A DNA stretch of 64,000 bases from NCBI GenBank assembly GCA_965276775.1, contig OZ255626.1, positions 815,585 to 879,584 on the forward strand, given 5' to 3'. The stretch's first letter is position 1. Every line of letters begins with the position of its first letter. A program made the translations under genes and the position numbers. The notes under the pieces are model-generated. The model had not been told where the DNA came from, made no database searches, and saw only the letters and a program-made list of their open reading frames with translations. This document shows positions 18,076 through 27,001 of the stretch, piece after piece. The DNA is from Acidobacteriaceae bacterium. Lineage in GTDB: Bacteria > Acidobacteriota > Terriglobia > Terriglobales > Acidobacteriaceae.

Positions 18076-21000
18076 CTAGTCTTTCCTTTTGCCGCTTTTT
18101 CCGCTGCTCTTCGCAGGCGACGGCACTGTCTTGCCGCCGCTCTTTTTGGTTTGCGCAGCTTTCGTGGACGCGGCCTCTTCTACCATTCCCGCGGGAGAAG
18201 CACTTGATGTAGTTTTGGCTTTCGCCGTCGCAACCGCAGGCGTTTTTGCGCTTTTCTGCTTTGCGTCACCAGGTTCAAGCGGCTTCTTGCGCGGCAGGTT
18301 TCCTAGCGCAGTTGACTTACCGAGGGGCAGTGCATCCACATCGAGGGTGAATCCGTTTGTAGGCGAAGCATCGGGCGATGGAGCAGGCTCCAGGAGAGGT
18401 TCTCCCGATGGTCCGGCTGCCGGCTCCGGCTTGCTCAGTTGATAGCCGGCTGTCTTCGCACTGTCCAAGGCGGCGGCGATCTGGGTCGAGAGTGTCTCGA
18501 GCTCCCGCGCATCGAGCGAGGGCTGCGCGGCTATCTGTAACAGTTCCGGCAGCGAATGCCACCAGACCATCTGCTCGTGCAACTCCTTGTTGAAGTAGGT
18601 TGTGCCCTGATGCTCGTTGACGCCGGCGAGCCAGCTCAGGTCGCCATCCCGCCACGCGGACGCAGGCAGGCCGTGCTGGCGCGCATTGCTAGCGGCGAGC
18701 AGATCTTCGGAGTGTTTGCCCGTGGGCTCAGGCTGTGGCGGGCGAACGCCGGCGGCGAGCGCGAGGCGCACGCGGGCTGCCGCGCGCCAAGTGTCTTCGC
18801 CCGTGAACTCGACCGCGGCAAACGACTCAGCCAGCACGCTGCGCAGGCCAAACCGGTCGAACATCGCGAGCGCCGGGGAGGCGGGATCGGCCATATCGAG
18901 CGACTCGCCGACCGCGGCGAGCAGCGTGTACCCGAGCACCGGCGCCCACACCCAGCCTGCGTTGGCGAGCGGGCTGGGGCTGGGCAGAACGGTGCGCGCC
19001 TCACGCGGCCAGGCCTTGGCAAATCCAGCTTCAATCAGAGGCAGGCGAAGCAGCGCCTGCACCCGTTCACGCAGGCGGGTAGCGGTCAGCGCTTGCTCGT
19101 TCACGGTTTCGGCGGCGGCCAGTTCCGCGTCCTCGCCGGCGGCGCGCGGCTGCTCGGCGGGCGGCGGCTGCACGCGTTTGAAGTACTCCTGGCGCGAGAA
19201 CTCGACGAACGCAGCGGCGCGCGCGATCCACTGCTCCAGCAATTCGCTGTGGGGCAGCAGCGACGGGTCGTCGTGCACGGTGGCCACGGTGCGGTCGGCG
19301 AGCGAGGCGAACTCGCGCACGAGCTTCGGCTCGAGCGCCGCGCGCAGGGCATAGTGCACATGCTCGAGCTCGAGCGCGAGCAGCGCCTTATCGAGGTCCT
19401 CGACGCCGCGGCCATCGAGCAGGTCGCATAGGCGGTGCCACGCGTGCGTTGCGTCGGAGCGCAGCTCGCGCCAGTCGAGCAGCGTCAGGTACTGGTAGCC
19501 GCGCAGGTCGACGTGCAGGCCGTTGTCGTCGAAGTCGGTCGCGCGCCGCAGGTGGTGCAGGCCGGTGGCCGAGTCGCGATACGCGAGCACCGCGCCGCCA
19601 TCGGTGGGCAGCCCGAGCGCGTCCGAAAGCGATCGCTGCCGCAGGTGCCCCGCGCCTTTGTCCATGTAGGCGGCGGAGTGGTGCAGCGTGCCGGCCGCGC
19701 CGCTGTAGCTGTTGTTGTACACGATGAGCGCGCGCTGCCCGTCACGCTGATTGGAATAGGCGAAGACATTTTCCTCGACGCCGCCGTGATCGCCCCACAG
19801 ATCGAACAGCAGAAAGTTTTCACTCTCAGCAAACAGCGAACGACGGTGCAGCAGCGGCGCGATCTCGCGGTTGTGCCGCGCGACCAGCCCATCGTTCGAC
19901 CACTCGTCGTAGCGCGGACGATAGTACTCCATGCCATACTTTTCGGTGAAGCCCTCGACCTGTCCGTGGCCGAACATGGGCAGACCGGGCAGCGTCGCCA
20001 TCATCGTTGCGACGCCGAAGAATTTGTCACCGCTGCCGAACTGATCGATGGCGGTGCGCTCGTCGGGGTTCGACATGAAGTTGACGTAGCGCTTCATGAT
20101 GCCGGGGTCGAACTCGAGCGTGTTCTTCAACACCTTGCGGTAGTTTGCGTTGTCTTCGTCGCGCAGCATCACCATGAACGCCGAGTTATAGACGCGGTGC
20201 ATGCCGAGGGTGCGGACGAAGTAGCCTTCCATCAGCCAGAAGGCCTCGGCGAGCAGCAGCGTGCCGGGCACTTCGCGCGCGACGCGGTCGACCACCTCGC
20301 GCCAGAACTCCTCGGGCATGGCCGCGTCGAACTCGGCTGTGGTCATCGCGGATTCGGCGCGTGAGGGGATGGACCCGCCGGCGCCGGGCGCGGGGAACCA
20401 CAGCCGCTGCACGTGGCGCTTCGCGAGCGTCATCGCGGCGTCAAACCGGATGATGGGGAAGAGCCGCGCGACGTTGAGGATGGTCTGGATGACCTGCTCG
20501 CGCACCGCCGCGCTCAGGTAATTGAGCTGCGCGGTGTCGTTCCAGGGAAAGCTGGTGCCGTCGTTGCCGTGATAGATGAACTGGGTGTCGCCGGTCCATT
20601 TATCGCGCCGCATGAAGACAACCGCGGCATCGGTCTGCGAGTAGTAGTGGTCGTCGATTTTGATCTCGACGCGGTCGTCGCCGGAGAGATCGGGGCCGTT
20701 GAAGCTGTAGGCGGGGTAGGGCTTATCGCGGCGCGAGAGAAACCACTCCGGATGCTCGACGACCCAGGTGGAGTCGATGCCCATGTGGTTGGGGACCATG
20801 TCGCTGGCCAGGCGGATACCGTAGCGCGCGCAGCGGTCGCGCAGGTCGCGGTAGGCCGGGTCGCCGCCCAGGTTTTCGGCGATGCGGTAGTCGTAGAGCG
20901 AGTAGGCGCTGGCGACCGCGTCGGGATTGCCGCAGAGATTTTTGATGGTCTTGGACGCGCGCGAGCGCTCCCACACGCCGATCAGCCAAAGCGCGTTCAT

Positions 21001-22035
21001 GCCGCGGCGGGCGAGGGTTTCGAGCTCGGCATCGGGAATCTGGTGCAAACGCTCGATCGAATGGCCGTAGAAGCGCGAGAGCTGGTTGAGCCAGACATAG
21101 GTGCTCTTGGCGATCATGACGGTGCGCGGCATCCACTCCTGGTCGGGGGAAAAGTGCTCGTACTCGTCCTGCGCGGTGGCAAAATTGGGCACGTCACCGT
21201 GCGCGTCGCCCCAGCCGTCGAAGCGGTGGCGGCGGGCGAGGGTTTCGGCGCTGGGCGGGTTGAACTGGAGCCACAGCGCGACTTCTTCTTCCTTCAGAAC
21301 GTCGCCGGCGAGCAAGAGCCGTCGCAGCAGCTCGGCCAATGAATCCACCGCGAAACCCCAGCGCCCGCGCAGCAGGGCGAGCTGGTCGGTGAGGGTGCCG
21401 GCGCCGGTGAGCACGGTGAGCAGCAGCTGAAAGATGCCGCCGCGGCCGGCGCCCAGCTCCGGCTGGGTCGCGAAAAAGGCGGGCAGGCCGGCGGTGACGT
21501 CGGCGTAGACGGTGGTTTCGGCCAGCGGCGTGTCGTCGAACAGCTCGCGAAAGGGCGTGAACGCCGGGTTGCGGTTTTCGAACCACAGCAGCATCAGCTC
21601 TTCGAAGGCGGCCTCGCGGTGCGGCGTGTTCCCAGTCGCGCCCGCGAGCCACTCCGCCGGCGTCTGCCGACCGGTGTATACGGCTTCGCCCGGGAAGCGC
21701 TCGACGAAGGCGAGCAGCAGCGCATCGAATGCCGGCTCGCCGACCTGCGCGCTGAAGTGCTGGAGCGCCTCGCTCATCACCTTGGGCGCGACGGTGCGGC
21801 GATAGTACTCGAGCAGCGCGTGGGCGGCCTCGTCGATGAGGCCCATGGCGAACAGCGCGGCCGGCTGCACCTGGCGCTTGGGGTCATTCTCGGCGCCGCG
21901 CACCTGGTTGATGCGATGCGCCAGAGCGCGGCTGGCGGCTGGGTTGGCGAAAATGGCATTGCCGTCGAACGAGAACAGGACTCCCTCGACGCCGTAGCGG
22001 TCGCGGGCGGTGCGCGAGATGTGGAATTCGAACAT
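18076..22035 (-). CDS. very large (1319 aa) GH13 alpha-amylase-superfamily protein with long N- and C-terminal extensions and a Lys/Ala/Ser/Thr-rich tail
   Basis: GH13 regions I to IV are SDMVPNHMG (I), IIRFDAAMTL (II), LLLAEAFW (III) and FMSNPDE (IV). The start is MFEFHIS (ATG 22033-22035) with an AAGGAG SD 10 nt upstream. Confidence 0.75.
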   Translation of the reverse strand: MFEFHISRTARDRYGVEGVLFSFDGNAIFANPAASRALAHRINQVRGAENDPKRQVQPAALFAMGLIDEAAHALLEYYRRTVAPKVMSEALQHFSAQVGEPAFDALLLAFVERFPGEAVYTGRQTPAEWLAGATGNTPHREAAFEELMLLWFENRNPAFTPFRELFDDTPLAETTVYADVTAGLPAFFATQPELGAGRGGIFQLLLTVLTGAGTLTDQLALLRGRWGFAVDSLAELLRRLLLAGDVLKEEEVALWLQFNPPSAETLARRHRFDGWGDAHGDVPNFATAQDEYEHFSPDQEWMPRTVMIAKSTYVWLNQLSRFYGHSIERLHQIPDAELETLARRGMNALWLIGVWERSRASKTIKNLCGNPDAVASAYSLYDYRIAENLGGDPAYRDLRDRCARYGIRLASDMVPNHMGIDSTWVVEHPEWFLSRRDKPYPAYSFNGPDLSGDDRVEIKIDDHYYSQTDAAVVFMRRDKWTGDTQFIYHGNDGTSFPWNDTAQLNYLSAAVREQVIQTILNVARLFPIIRFDAAMTLAKRHVQRLWFPAPGAGGSIPSRAESAMTTAEFDAAMPEEFWREVVDRVAREVPGTLLLAEAFWLMEGYFVRTLGMHRVYNSAFMVMLRDEDNANYRKVLKNTLEFDPGIMKRYVNFMSNPDERTAIDQFGSGDKFFGVATMMATLPGLPMFGHGQVEGFTEKYGMEYYRPRYDEWSNDGLVARHNREIAPLLHRRSLFAESENFLLFDLWGDHGGVEENVFAYSNQRDGQRALIVYNNSYSGAAGTLHHSAAYMDKGAGHLRQRSLSDALGLPTDGGAVLAYRDSATGLHHLRRATDFDDNGLHVDLRGYQYLTLLDWRELRSDATHAWHRLCDLLDGRGVEDLDKALLALELEHVHYALRAALEPKLVREFASLADRTVATVHDDPSLLPHSELLEQWIARAAAFVEFSRQEYFKRVQPPPAEQPRAAGEDAELAAAETVNEQALTATRLRERVQALLRLPLIEAGFAKAWPREARTVLPSPSPLANAGWVWAPVLGYTLLAAVGESLDMADPASPALAMFDRFGLRSVLAESFAAVEFTGEDTWRAAARVRLALAAGVRPPQPEPTGKHSEDLLAASNARQHGLPASAWRDGDLSWLAGVNEHQGTTYFNKELHEQMVWWHSLPELLQIAAQPSLDARELETLSTQIAAALDSAKTAGYQLSKPEPAAGPSGEPLLEPAPSPDASPTNGFTLDVDALPLGKSTALGNLPRKKPLEPGDAKQKSAKTPAVATAKAKTTSSASPAGMVEEAASTKAAQTKKSGGKTVPSPAKSSGKSGKRKD

Positions 22036-22213
22036 GCGGAGCAGTTTTCTCCTTCGGCTTACAGGGTTCTCTTGCCCGGGGGAGCAGACCCGCGGCGAAC
22101 AGTCCAGCGGCAAACGAGTTGGCGCAGCTAGAGAGATTGTATAGATGCGGGCTGGGTGAAAGCGGGGATGGTGAGGAGTGCATCCTAACCGCCCGAGAGG
22201 CTTTGTACAAAGC

Positions 22214-22852
22214 ATGGAACAGTCCGGTATGCAGAGCTTCGACACCCGTTCGCTCACGCCGATGGAGAACTACAAGCTGCTGGCGGGCTCGGTGGTGCCG
22301 CGGCCTATCGCGTGGGTTTCGACCGTGGATGCGGCGGGGGTGGCCAACCTGGCGCCGTTTTCGTTCTTCACCGCAGCCAGCGCGAACCCGCCGGTGCTGT
22401 GCTTTTGCCCGTCGGTCCGGGAGGCAAAAAACGGCCTGCGCGCGACCAAGGACACGCTCGAAAACATCCGCGCGACCGGTGAATTTGTCGTCAATATCGT
22501 ATCGGAGGAAACGGTGGAGGCGATGAACCAGACCGCCGCGCAGCTGCCGCCCGAGGCGGACGAGTTCGCCGTAACCGGGCTGACGGCGGTGCCCGGCGAG
22601 GTGGTGCGGGCGCCGCGGGTGGGCGAGGCCAGGGTGCAGATGGAGTGCCGGCTGCTGCGGATCGTCGAGGTGAGCGCGCTTGAAATGGGCGGCTCCATCG
22701 TGCTGGGCGAGGTGGTGCGCTTCCATGTCAGCGACGCGGTGCTGGAGCCGGGGCTGCGGGTTTCCCCGGAAAAGCTGCGGGCGGTGGGGCGCATGGCGGG
22801 GTCTGGGTACGTGCGGACGAGCGACCGGTTCGAGCTGAAGCGGCCGGAGTAG
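22214..22852 (+). CDS. flavin reductase-like FMN-binding domain protein
   Basis: NYKLLAGSVVPRPIAWVSTVDAAGVANLAPFSFF is the flavin-reductase-like split-barrel signature. The start is ambiguous between GTG 22178, ATG 22214 and ATG 22229. Confidence 0.75.
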   Translation: MEQSGMQSFDTRSLTPMENYKLLAGSVVPRPIAWVSTVDAAGVANLAPFSFFTAASANPPVLCFCPSVREAKNGLRATKDTLENIRATGEFVVNIVSEETVEAMNQTAAQLPPEADEFAVTGLTAVPGEVVRAPRVGEARVQMECRLLRIVEVSALEMGGSIVLGEVVRFHVSDAVLEPGLRVSPEKLRAVGRMAGSGYVRTSDRFELKRPE

Positions 22853-22976
22853 TTTTGAGAAAAAGTACTTTCCAAGTTGAGGAAGGCGATGGTATCGTTA
22901 TCGCGCCTGTTGAGGGAGCCTGCGCGGCCGCCGAGACTTGAGGGGTCCACACCAGGCGGAAAGGTGGGCGCAGCTC

Positions 22977-24998
22977 ATGTACCAGGCAGTAAAAGCATTT
23001 CTTGGTGTGCTCCTGACACTCGCGATGGCGGCCTCGATTCGACCCGCATCGGCCCAATCGGCTCCGGACGCGACCGACGCGCGCGGGCACCACTTCGCCG
23101 CGCGCAGCGGCCGGGTGATCTACCATCGCGGCCGGCCGTTTCGCATGGCCGGCTCGAACAACTACTACCCCATGTACGAGTCGCACTACATGGTGGACAA
23201 CCTGCTGACCACGGCGGCCTCGCAGAACTTCAACACGTTTCGCATCTGGGGGTTCCTCGACGTTGGGAACCAGGATGGCTCCAATTCGGTCGATGGACCG
23301 CACAACGGCGTCTACTTCCATTACTGGAATGGCAGCGAACCGGCCTTCAACGATGGCGCCACCGGGCTCGAGCATCTGGATTATGTGATCTACAAGGCAG
23401 GTCAGCTCAATCTCAAACTCATCATCCCGTTCGTGAACAACTACGACCAGTTCGGCGGCATGGACCAGTATGTGCGCTGGAAGGGCGGCCAGTATCACGA
23501 CCAGTTTTATACCGACCCGACGATCCGGCAGTGGTACAAGGACTGGATCGCGCACCTGCTCAACCATGTAAATAGTTATACCGGCATCAAGTACAAGGAC
23601 GATGCCACGATCATGACCTGGGAGCTGGCCAACGAGGAGCGATGCGGCGGGGCCGGGGTGTATCCGCAGTCGCCCAGCGGCTGCACCACGGACACCATCA
23701 CCAGCTGGGCCGCGGATATCAGCGCGTATGTCAAAAGCATCGATCGCAAGCACCTGCTCTCGCCGGGCGATGAGGGGTTCTACTGCACCGACCCGCACTC
23801 GTCCGACTTCACCATCAACTGCAGCCAGGGGGTGGACTCGATCGCGCTGGCGAAGCTGCCGGATATGGATATTCTTTCCTACCATCTGTATCCCGACTCG
23901 TGGGGCAAGACGCCGGAATGGGGGACCGAGTGGATCGAGCGACATATTGAGGATTCGCATCGTCTGGGAAACCGTGCGCTCGCCGGCGAGTGGGGCATCC
24001 TGGACAAGAACACCCGCAACCCTGTGTACCAGCAGTGGGAAGACGCGGTGCTGCGGGATGACGGCTCGGGCGCGCTGTACTGGATCCTGAGCGGGCTGCA
24101 GGACGATGGCACCCTGTATCCAGATTACGACGGCTACACGGTGTACTGCCCGACGCCGGTGTGCAGCGCTTTTACCCATTTTTCCAGGAAAATCCAGCAC
24201 CTGCCGGTGGACAACGCGCCGATCGCCGACAACGATATGGCGAGCACGCCCAACCTCACCCCGGTCACGGTGGATGTCGCGGCCAACGACATTACCTACC
24301 AGGATGTGCCGCTGCGGCGCGAGTCGGTCGACCTGGATCCGGGAACGCCGGGCCAGCAGAAGACGCTGACTACAAGCATGGGGACGTACACTTTGCAGTC
24401 CGGGGGCAACGTCAACTTCATGCCGGCGTCGCAGTGCGTGTCGGGAAGTGTGAGCACGCCGTACCTGATCGAGGATGAAAGGGGGAGGCTGTCGAATCCG
24501 GCGAACCTGGTGGTGACGGTAGGCGGAATCGCGGGCGAGCTGTTCAACTTTGAAGACGGGACGGACACCTGGGCGGCGGCCAGCTACAACATGGGGGCGG
24601 GCACGGTGGCGCAAAGCACGATGGGCGCGACCAGCTGCGGGCACAGCCTGCAGGTCAACGCAACCGGTGGGGGGTTTTTCGGGCCGACGTATAACATGAC
24701 GCCGCTTCCGCTGAAGACGGCCGGCATCTCCCAGCTGCTGCTCGATATCACGACCGTTGCGAGCGGCACCTCGCAGTCGGTCGCGGTGCAGTTCGGCAGC
24801 GATTACCACTACTGCTCGACCCCGTTTACGTACATCAATGCGGGCAGCTCGACCACGGTCGCGGTGAACCTGGCGAGCCTGGCCACAGCCGCCAACTGCG
24901 GCGGCACCAAGCCGGCGGACACGAGCGTGATCGAGGGCTTCTTTGTGTACTTCAGCGGGGGAGGGACGTACTACCTGGACAACGTGCGTACGCAGTAG
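22977..24998 (+). CDS. secreted glycoside hydrolase family 5 (mannanase-like) with C-terminal Ig/cadherin-like and carbohydrate-binding-like domains
   Basis: Signal peptide MYQAVKAFLGVLLTLAMAASIRPASA. The GH5 acid/base motif is MTWELANEE. Downstream come the TIM-barrel strands, a VDVAANDI...NLVVTV Ig-like module, and a terminal beta-sandwich ending YYLDNVR. Confidence 0.75.
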   Translation: MYQAVKAFLGVLLTLAMAASIRPASAQSAPDATDARGHHFAARSGRVIYHRGRPFRMAGSNNYYPMYESHYMVDNLLTTAASQNFNTFRIWGFLDVGNQDGSNSVDGPHNGVYFHYWNGSEPAFNDGATGLEHLDYVIYKAGQLNLKLIIPFVNNYDQFGGMDQYVRWKGGQYHDQFYTDPTIRQWYKDWIAHLLNHVNSYTGIKYKDDATIMTWELANEERCGGAGVYPQSPSGCTTDTITSWAADISAYVKSIDRKHLLSPGDEGFYCTDPHSSDFTINCSQGVDSIALAKLPDMDILSYHLYPDSWGKTPEWGTEWIERHIEDSHRLGNRALAGEWGILDKNTRNPVYQQWEDAVLRDDGSGALYWILSGLQDDGTLYPDYDGYTVYCPTPVCSAFTHFSRKIQHLPVDNAPIADNDMASTPNLTPVTVDVAANDITYQDVPLRRESVDLDPGTPGQQKTLTTSMGTYTLQSGGNVNFMPASQCVSGSVSTPYLIEDERGRLSNPANLVVTVGGIAGELFNFEDGTDTWAAASYNMGAGTVAQSTMGATSCGHSLQVNATGGGFFGPTYNMTPLPLKTAGISQLLLDITTVASGTSQSVAVQFGSDYHYCSTPFTYINAGSSTTVAVNLASLATAANCGGTKPADTSVIEGFFVYFSGGGTYYLDNVRTQ

Positions 24999-25012
24999 CT
25001 CCGGTGGAGGCA

Positions 25013-25044
25013 AACAAGGGCGCCGCGAGAGCGGCGCCCTTGTT
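25013..25044 (+). terminator. hairpin after the GH5 gene
   Basis: aacaagggcgccgc-gaga-gcggcgcccttgtt forms a 14-bp stem. The downstream T tract is weak. Confidence 0.5.
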
Positions 25045-25115
25045 CGTGGCGGCATCGCTCTGAGGATCACCATTCACTTGCCCTTAAGCTTGAAAGAGCT
25101 AAGGTGGTAGATGGC

Positions 25116-26231
25116 GTGAGCAGAGCACGGACGGATGGAATAGCGGTGGCGAAAGCGCGCGGCGATACACGCGGTGCGTTGAGTTGCGCCCTGATGCTGG
25201 CCTTACTGGGGCTGGCGCCGGGAAGCGGGCTTGCCCAGACTGTTTTTCCCTCGCAGCGCCTGATGGCCGTGTTGCCGGACGCTCCGGGCTATTACCCGGC
25301 GAGCTCGGCCCAGGCGGCCGCGCTCAGCGGCACCGTGCTCGACACGAATGGCGGCGTCGTCGCAGGCGCGACTGTCACTCTGCAGGGTGGGGTACCCGCT
25401 TCACGGCGTGTGGCGACCAGCGACAGCAACGGCTTCTTTCGCCTTATGGGCGTGCCGCCGGGCCGCTACCAGTTGACGATCGCAGCGAATGGTTTCGCAA
25501 GCTCGATCCGGACGGACATCCAAATGCAGCCGGGGCGCGACCAGGACCTGGCCCGGATCGAGCTGCCGCTGACCCCGACAACCACGAATGTGCAGGTGCA
25601 GTTCAGCCAGCACCAACTGGCCGCCGAGCAGGTCCATGCGCAGGAGAAGCAGCGCGTCCTGGGCATCCTGCCCAACTTCTACAGCAGCTTTGTGTGGGAC
25701 GCGGCGCCCATGTCGGCGGGCCAGAAATTCCAGCTGGCGTACCGCTCGGTGACCGACCCGCTCACGTTTGTGGGCGCGGCGGGCGTGGCCGGCATTGAGC
25801 AATGGGCGAACACCTACTCCGGCTTCGGCCAGGGGGCCGCGGGCTACGGCAAACGGTTGGGCGGGGCCTATGCCGACCTCGCCCTCAGCACCACTTTCAG
25901 CAACGCGCTATTTCCAGTACTGCTGCACCAGGATCCGCGGTATTTCGTCAAGGGCAGCGGCTCGACGACTTCGCGCGCCATCTACGCCTTGACCCGAACC
26001 GTGATTACCCGGGGCGATGACGGCCGCTCGGAGCTGAATTACTCGAACGTGGTCGGTGACTTCGCCGCCGCCAGTGTTGGCAACCTGTACTACCCGGCCC
26101 GCGATGGGGGCGCCGGGGTGACCGTGACCAATGCCATGATCAGCATCGGGTTCAGCGCGATCGACGGGCTGTTCCGCGAGCTGCTCGCGCCGGATATCAC
26201 CACCGGCAGCCCGACGCGCGGGAAGCCATGA
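25116..26231 (+). CDS. secreted carboxypeptidase-regulatory-like (CarboxypepD_reg) domain protein
   Basis: Signal-like LMLALLGLAPGSGLAQT. GTVLDTNGGVVAGATVTLQG...SDSNGFFRLMGVPPGRYQLTIAANGF is the Cna/CarboxypepD_reg fold. GTG 25116 lies 8 nt after the AAGGTGG SD. Confidence 0.6.
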   Translation: MSRARTDGIAVAKARGDTRGALSCALMLALLGLAPGSGLAQTVFPSQRLMAVLPDAPGYYPASSAQAAALSGTVLDTNGGVVAGATVTLQGGVPASRRVATSDSNGFFRLMGVPPGRYQLTIAANGFASSIRTDIQMQPGRDQDLARIELPLTPTTTNVQVQFSQHQLAAEQVHAQEKQRVLGILPNFYSSFVWDAAPMSAGQKFQLAYRSVTDPLTFVGAAGVAGIEQWANTYSGFGQGAAGYGKRLGGAYADLALSTTFSNALFPVLLHQDPRYFVKGSGSTTSRAIYALTRTVITRGDDGRSELNYSNVVGDFAAASVGNLYYPARDGGAGVTVTNAMISIGFSAIDGLFRELLAPDITTGSPTRGKP

Positions 26232-26286
26232 GCGTGGCGCCGCCGATGATCAACTACGCTTGCATCCCGATCCGAAGCCAATGAAA

Positions 26287-26583
26287 CTAAGCTGTCGCAG
26301 GCAGAGCTTCGGCGACCGCAGTAGAGATCACCTGATCCGAAACCCCCTGCCTGCGCAGGCTCTCCGTAATCGCTTGCAGCTCAGAAGGCTGCAGCCGAGC
26401 CTCATCCTTGCGAAGACCTTCTCCTATGTAGGTGCGAATCAAGGGCTGGTAGCCGGAAAACCCGAGAGACGGGGCGATCTCCTTTAGATCTTCCACGATG
26501 TCTGCCGGGATCCGAATACTAATAGTTGCCATGGGCCGGTCTTTCACCATGCGTCGTTTCAGCCGCTCAGTCACGGTTCTCAT
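26287..26583 (-). CDS. brnA: BrnA-like antitoxin (RHH/CopG-type)
   Basis: ATISIRIPADIVEDLKEIA is a ribbon-helix-helix N-strand and helix. The gene lies immediately downstream of, and overlapping, a DUF497/BrnT gene, which is the canonical BrnTA order. It sits in a low-GC islet. Confidence 0.65.
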   Translation of the reverse strand: MRTVTERLKRRMVKDRPMATISIRIPADIVEDLKEIAPSLGFSGYQPLIRTYIGEGLRKDEARLQPSELQAITESLRRQGVSDQVISTAVAEALPATA

Positions 26584-26865
26584 ATGTTCTCCTTTCGCTT
26601 GCCGTTATCTCTCGTGCGGAAATGATGCGAATCCGCTCATCCTCTCGCCACACATGCACGACATAGAGGGTGCGCCTACCTTCCGCCATTCCAATTGCGG
26701 CTTCCCGCTGCTCGCTTGCCGTGCTCGCATCGAGGATCCGTGTAGTGGATCGAGAAAGATCTGGCATGCCGGCTCGAAGCTGACGCCATGCTTGCTAATA
26801 TTGCTGAAAGCTTTCTCCTGGTTCCACACAAAACCCTGACCTTCGTAGAGAAAGGAGAAATCCAT
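26567..26865 (-). pseudogene. brnT: BrnT (DUF497) toxin gene with a 1-nt frameshift
   Basis: The N half MDFSFLYEGQGFVWNQEKAFSNISKHGVSFEPACQIFLDPLH is in one frame. The C half ILDASTASEQREAAIGMAEGRRTLYVVHVWREDERIRIISAREITASERRTYEN is in the -1 frame. The switch falls at ~26732-26745 and the total length is 299 nt. Confidence 0.7.
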
Positions 26866-26873
26866 ACCTGAAT

Positions 26874-26894
26874 ACGTATACACGTAGTATATAC
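26874..26894. promoter_or_regulatory. AT-rich GTATAC-type repeats upstream of brnT (candidate operator/-10 region)
   Basis: acgtatacacgtagtatatac lies 9-30 nt upstream of the brnT ATG and contains the palindromes GTATAC and GTATATAC. Confidence 0.3.
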
Positions 26895-27001
26895 AGGACA
26901 TCAAGGAACGTCTTGCGCTCTCGGATGCAATCAAGCCAGCCTTGCTACAATCAGGCGAAGGCTGCGCGGCCTCGTTGCTCAGGCGCGCGGTAACTTCACC
27001 C

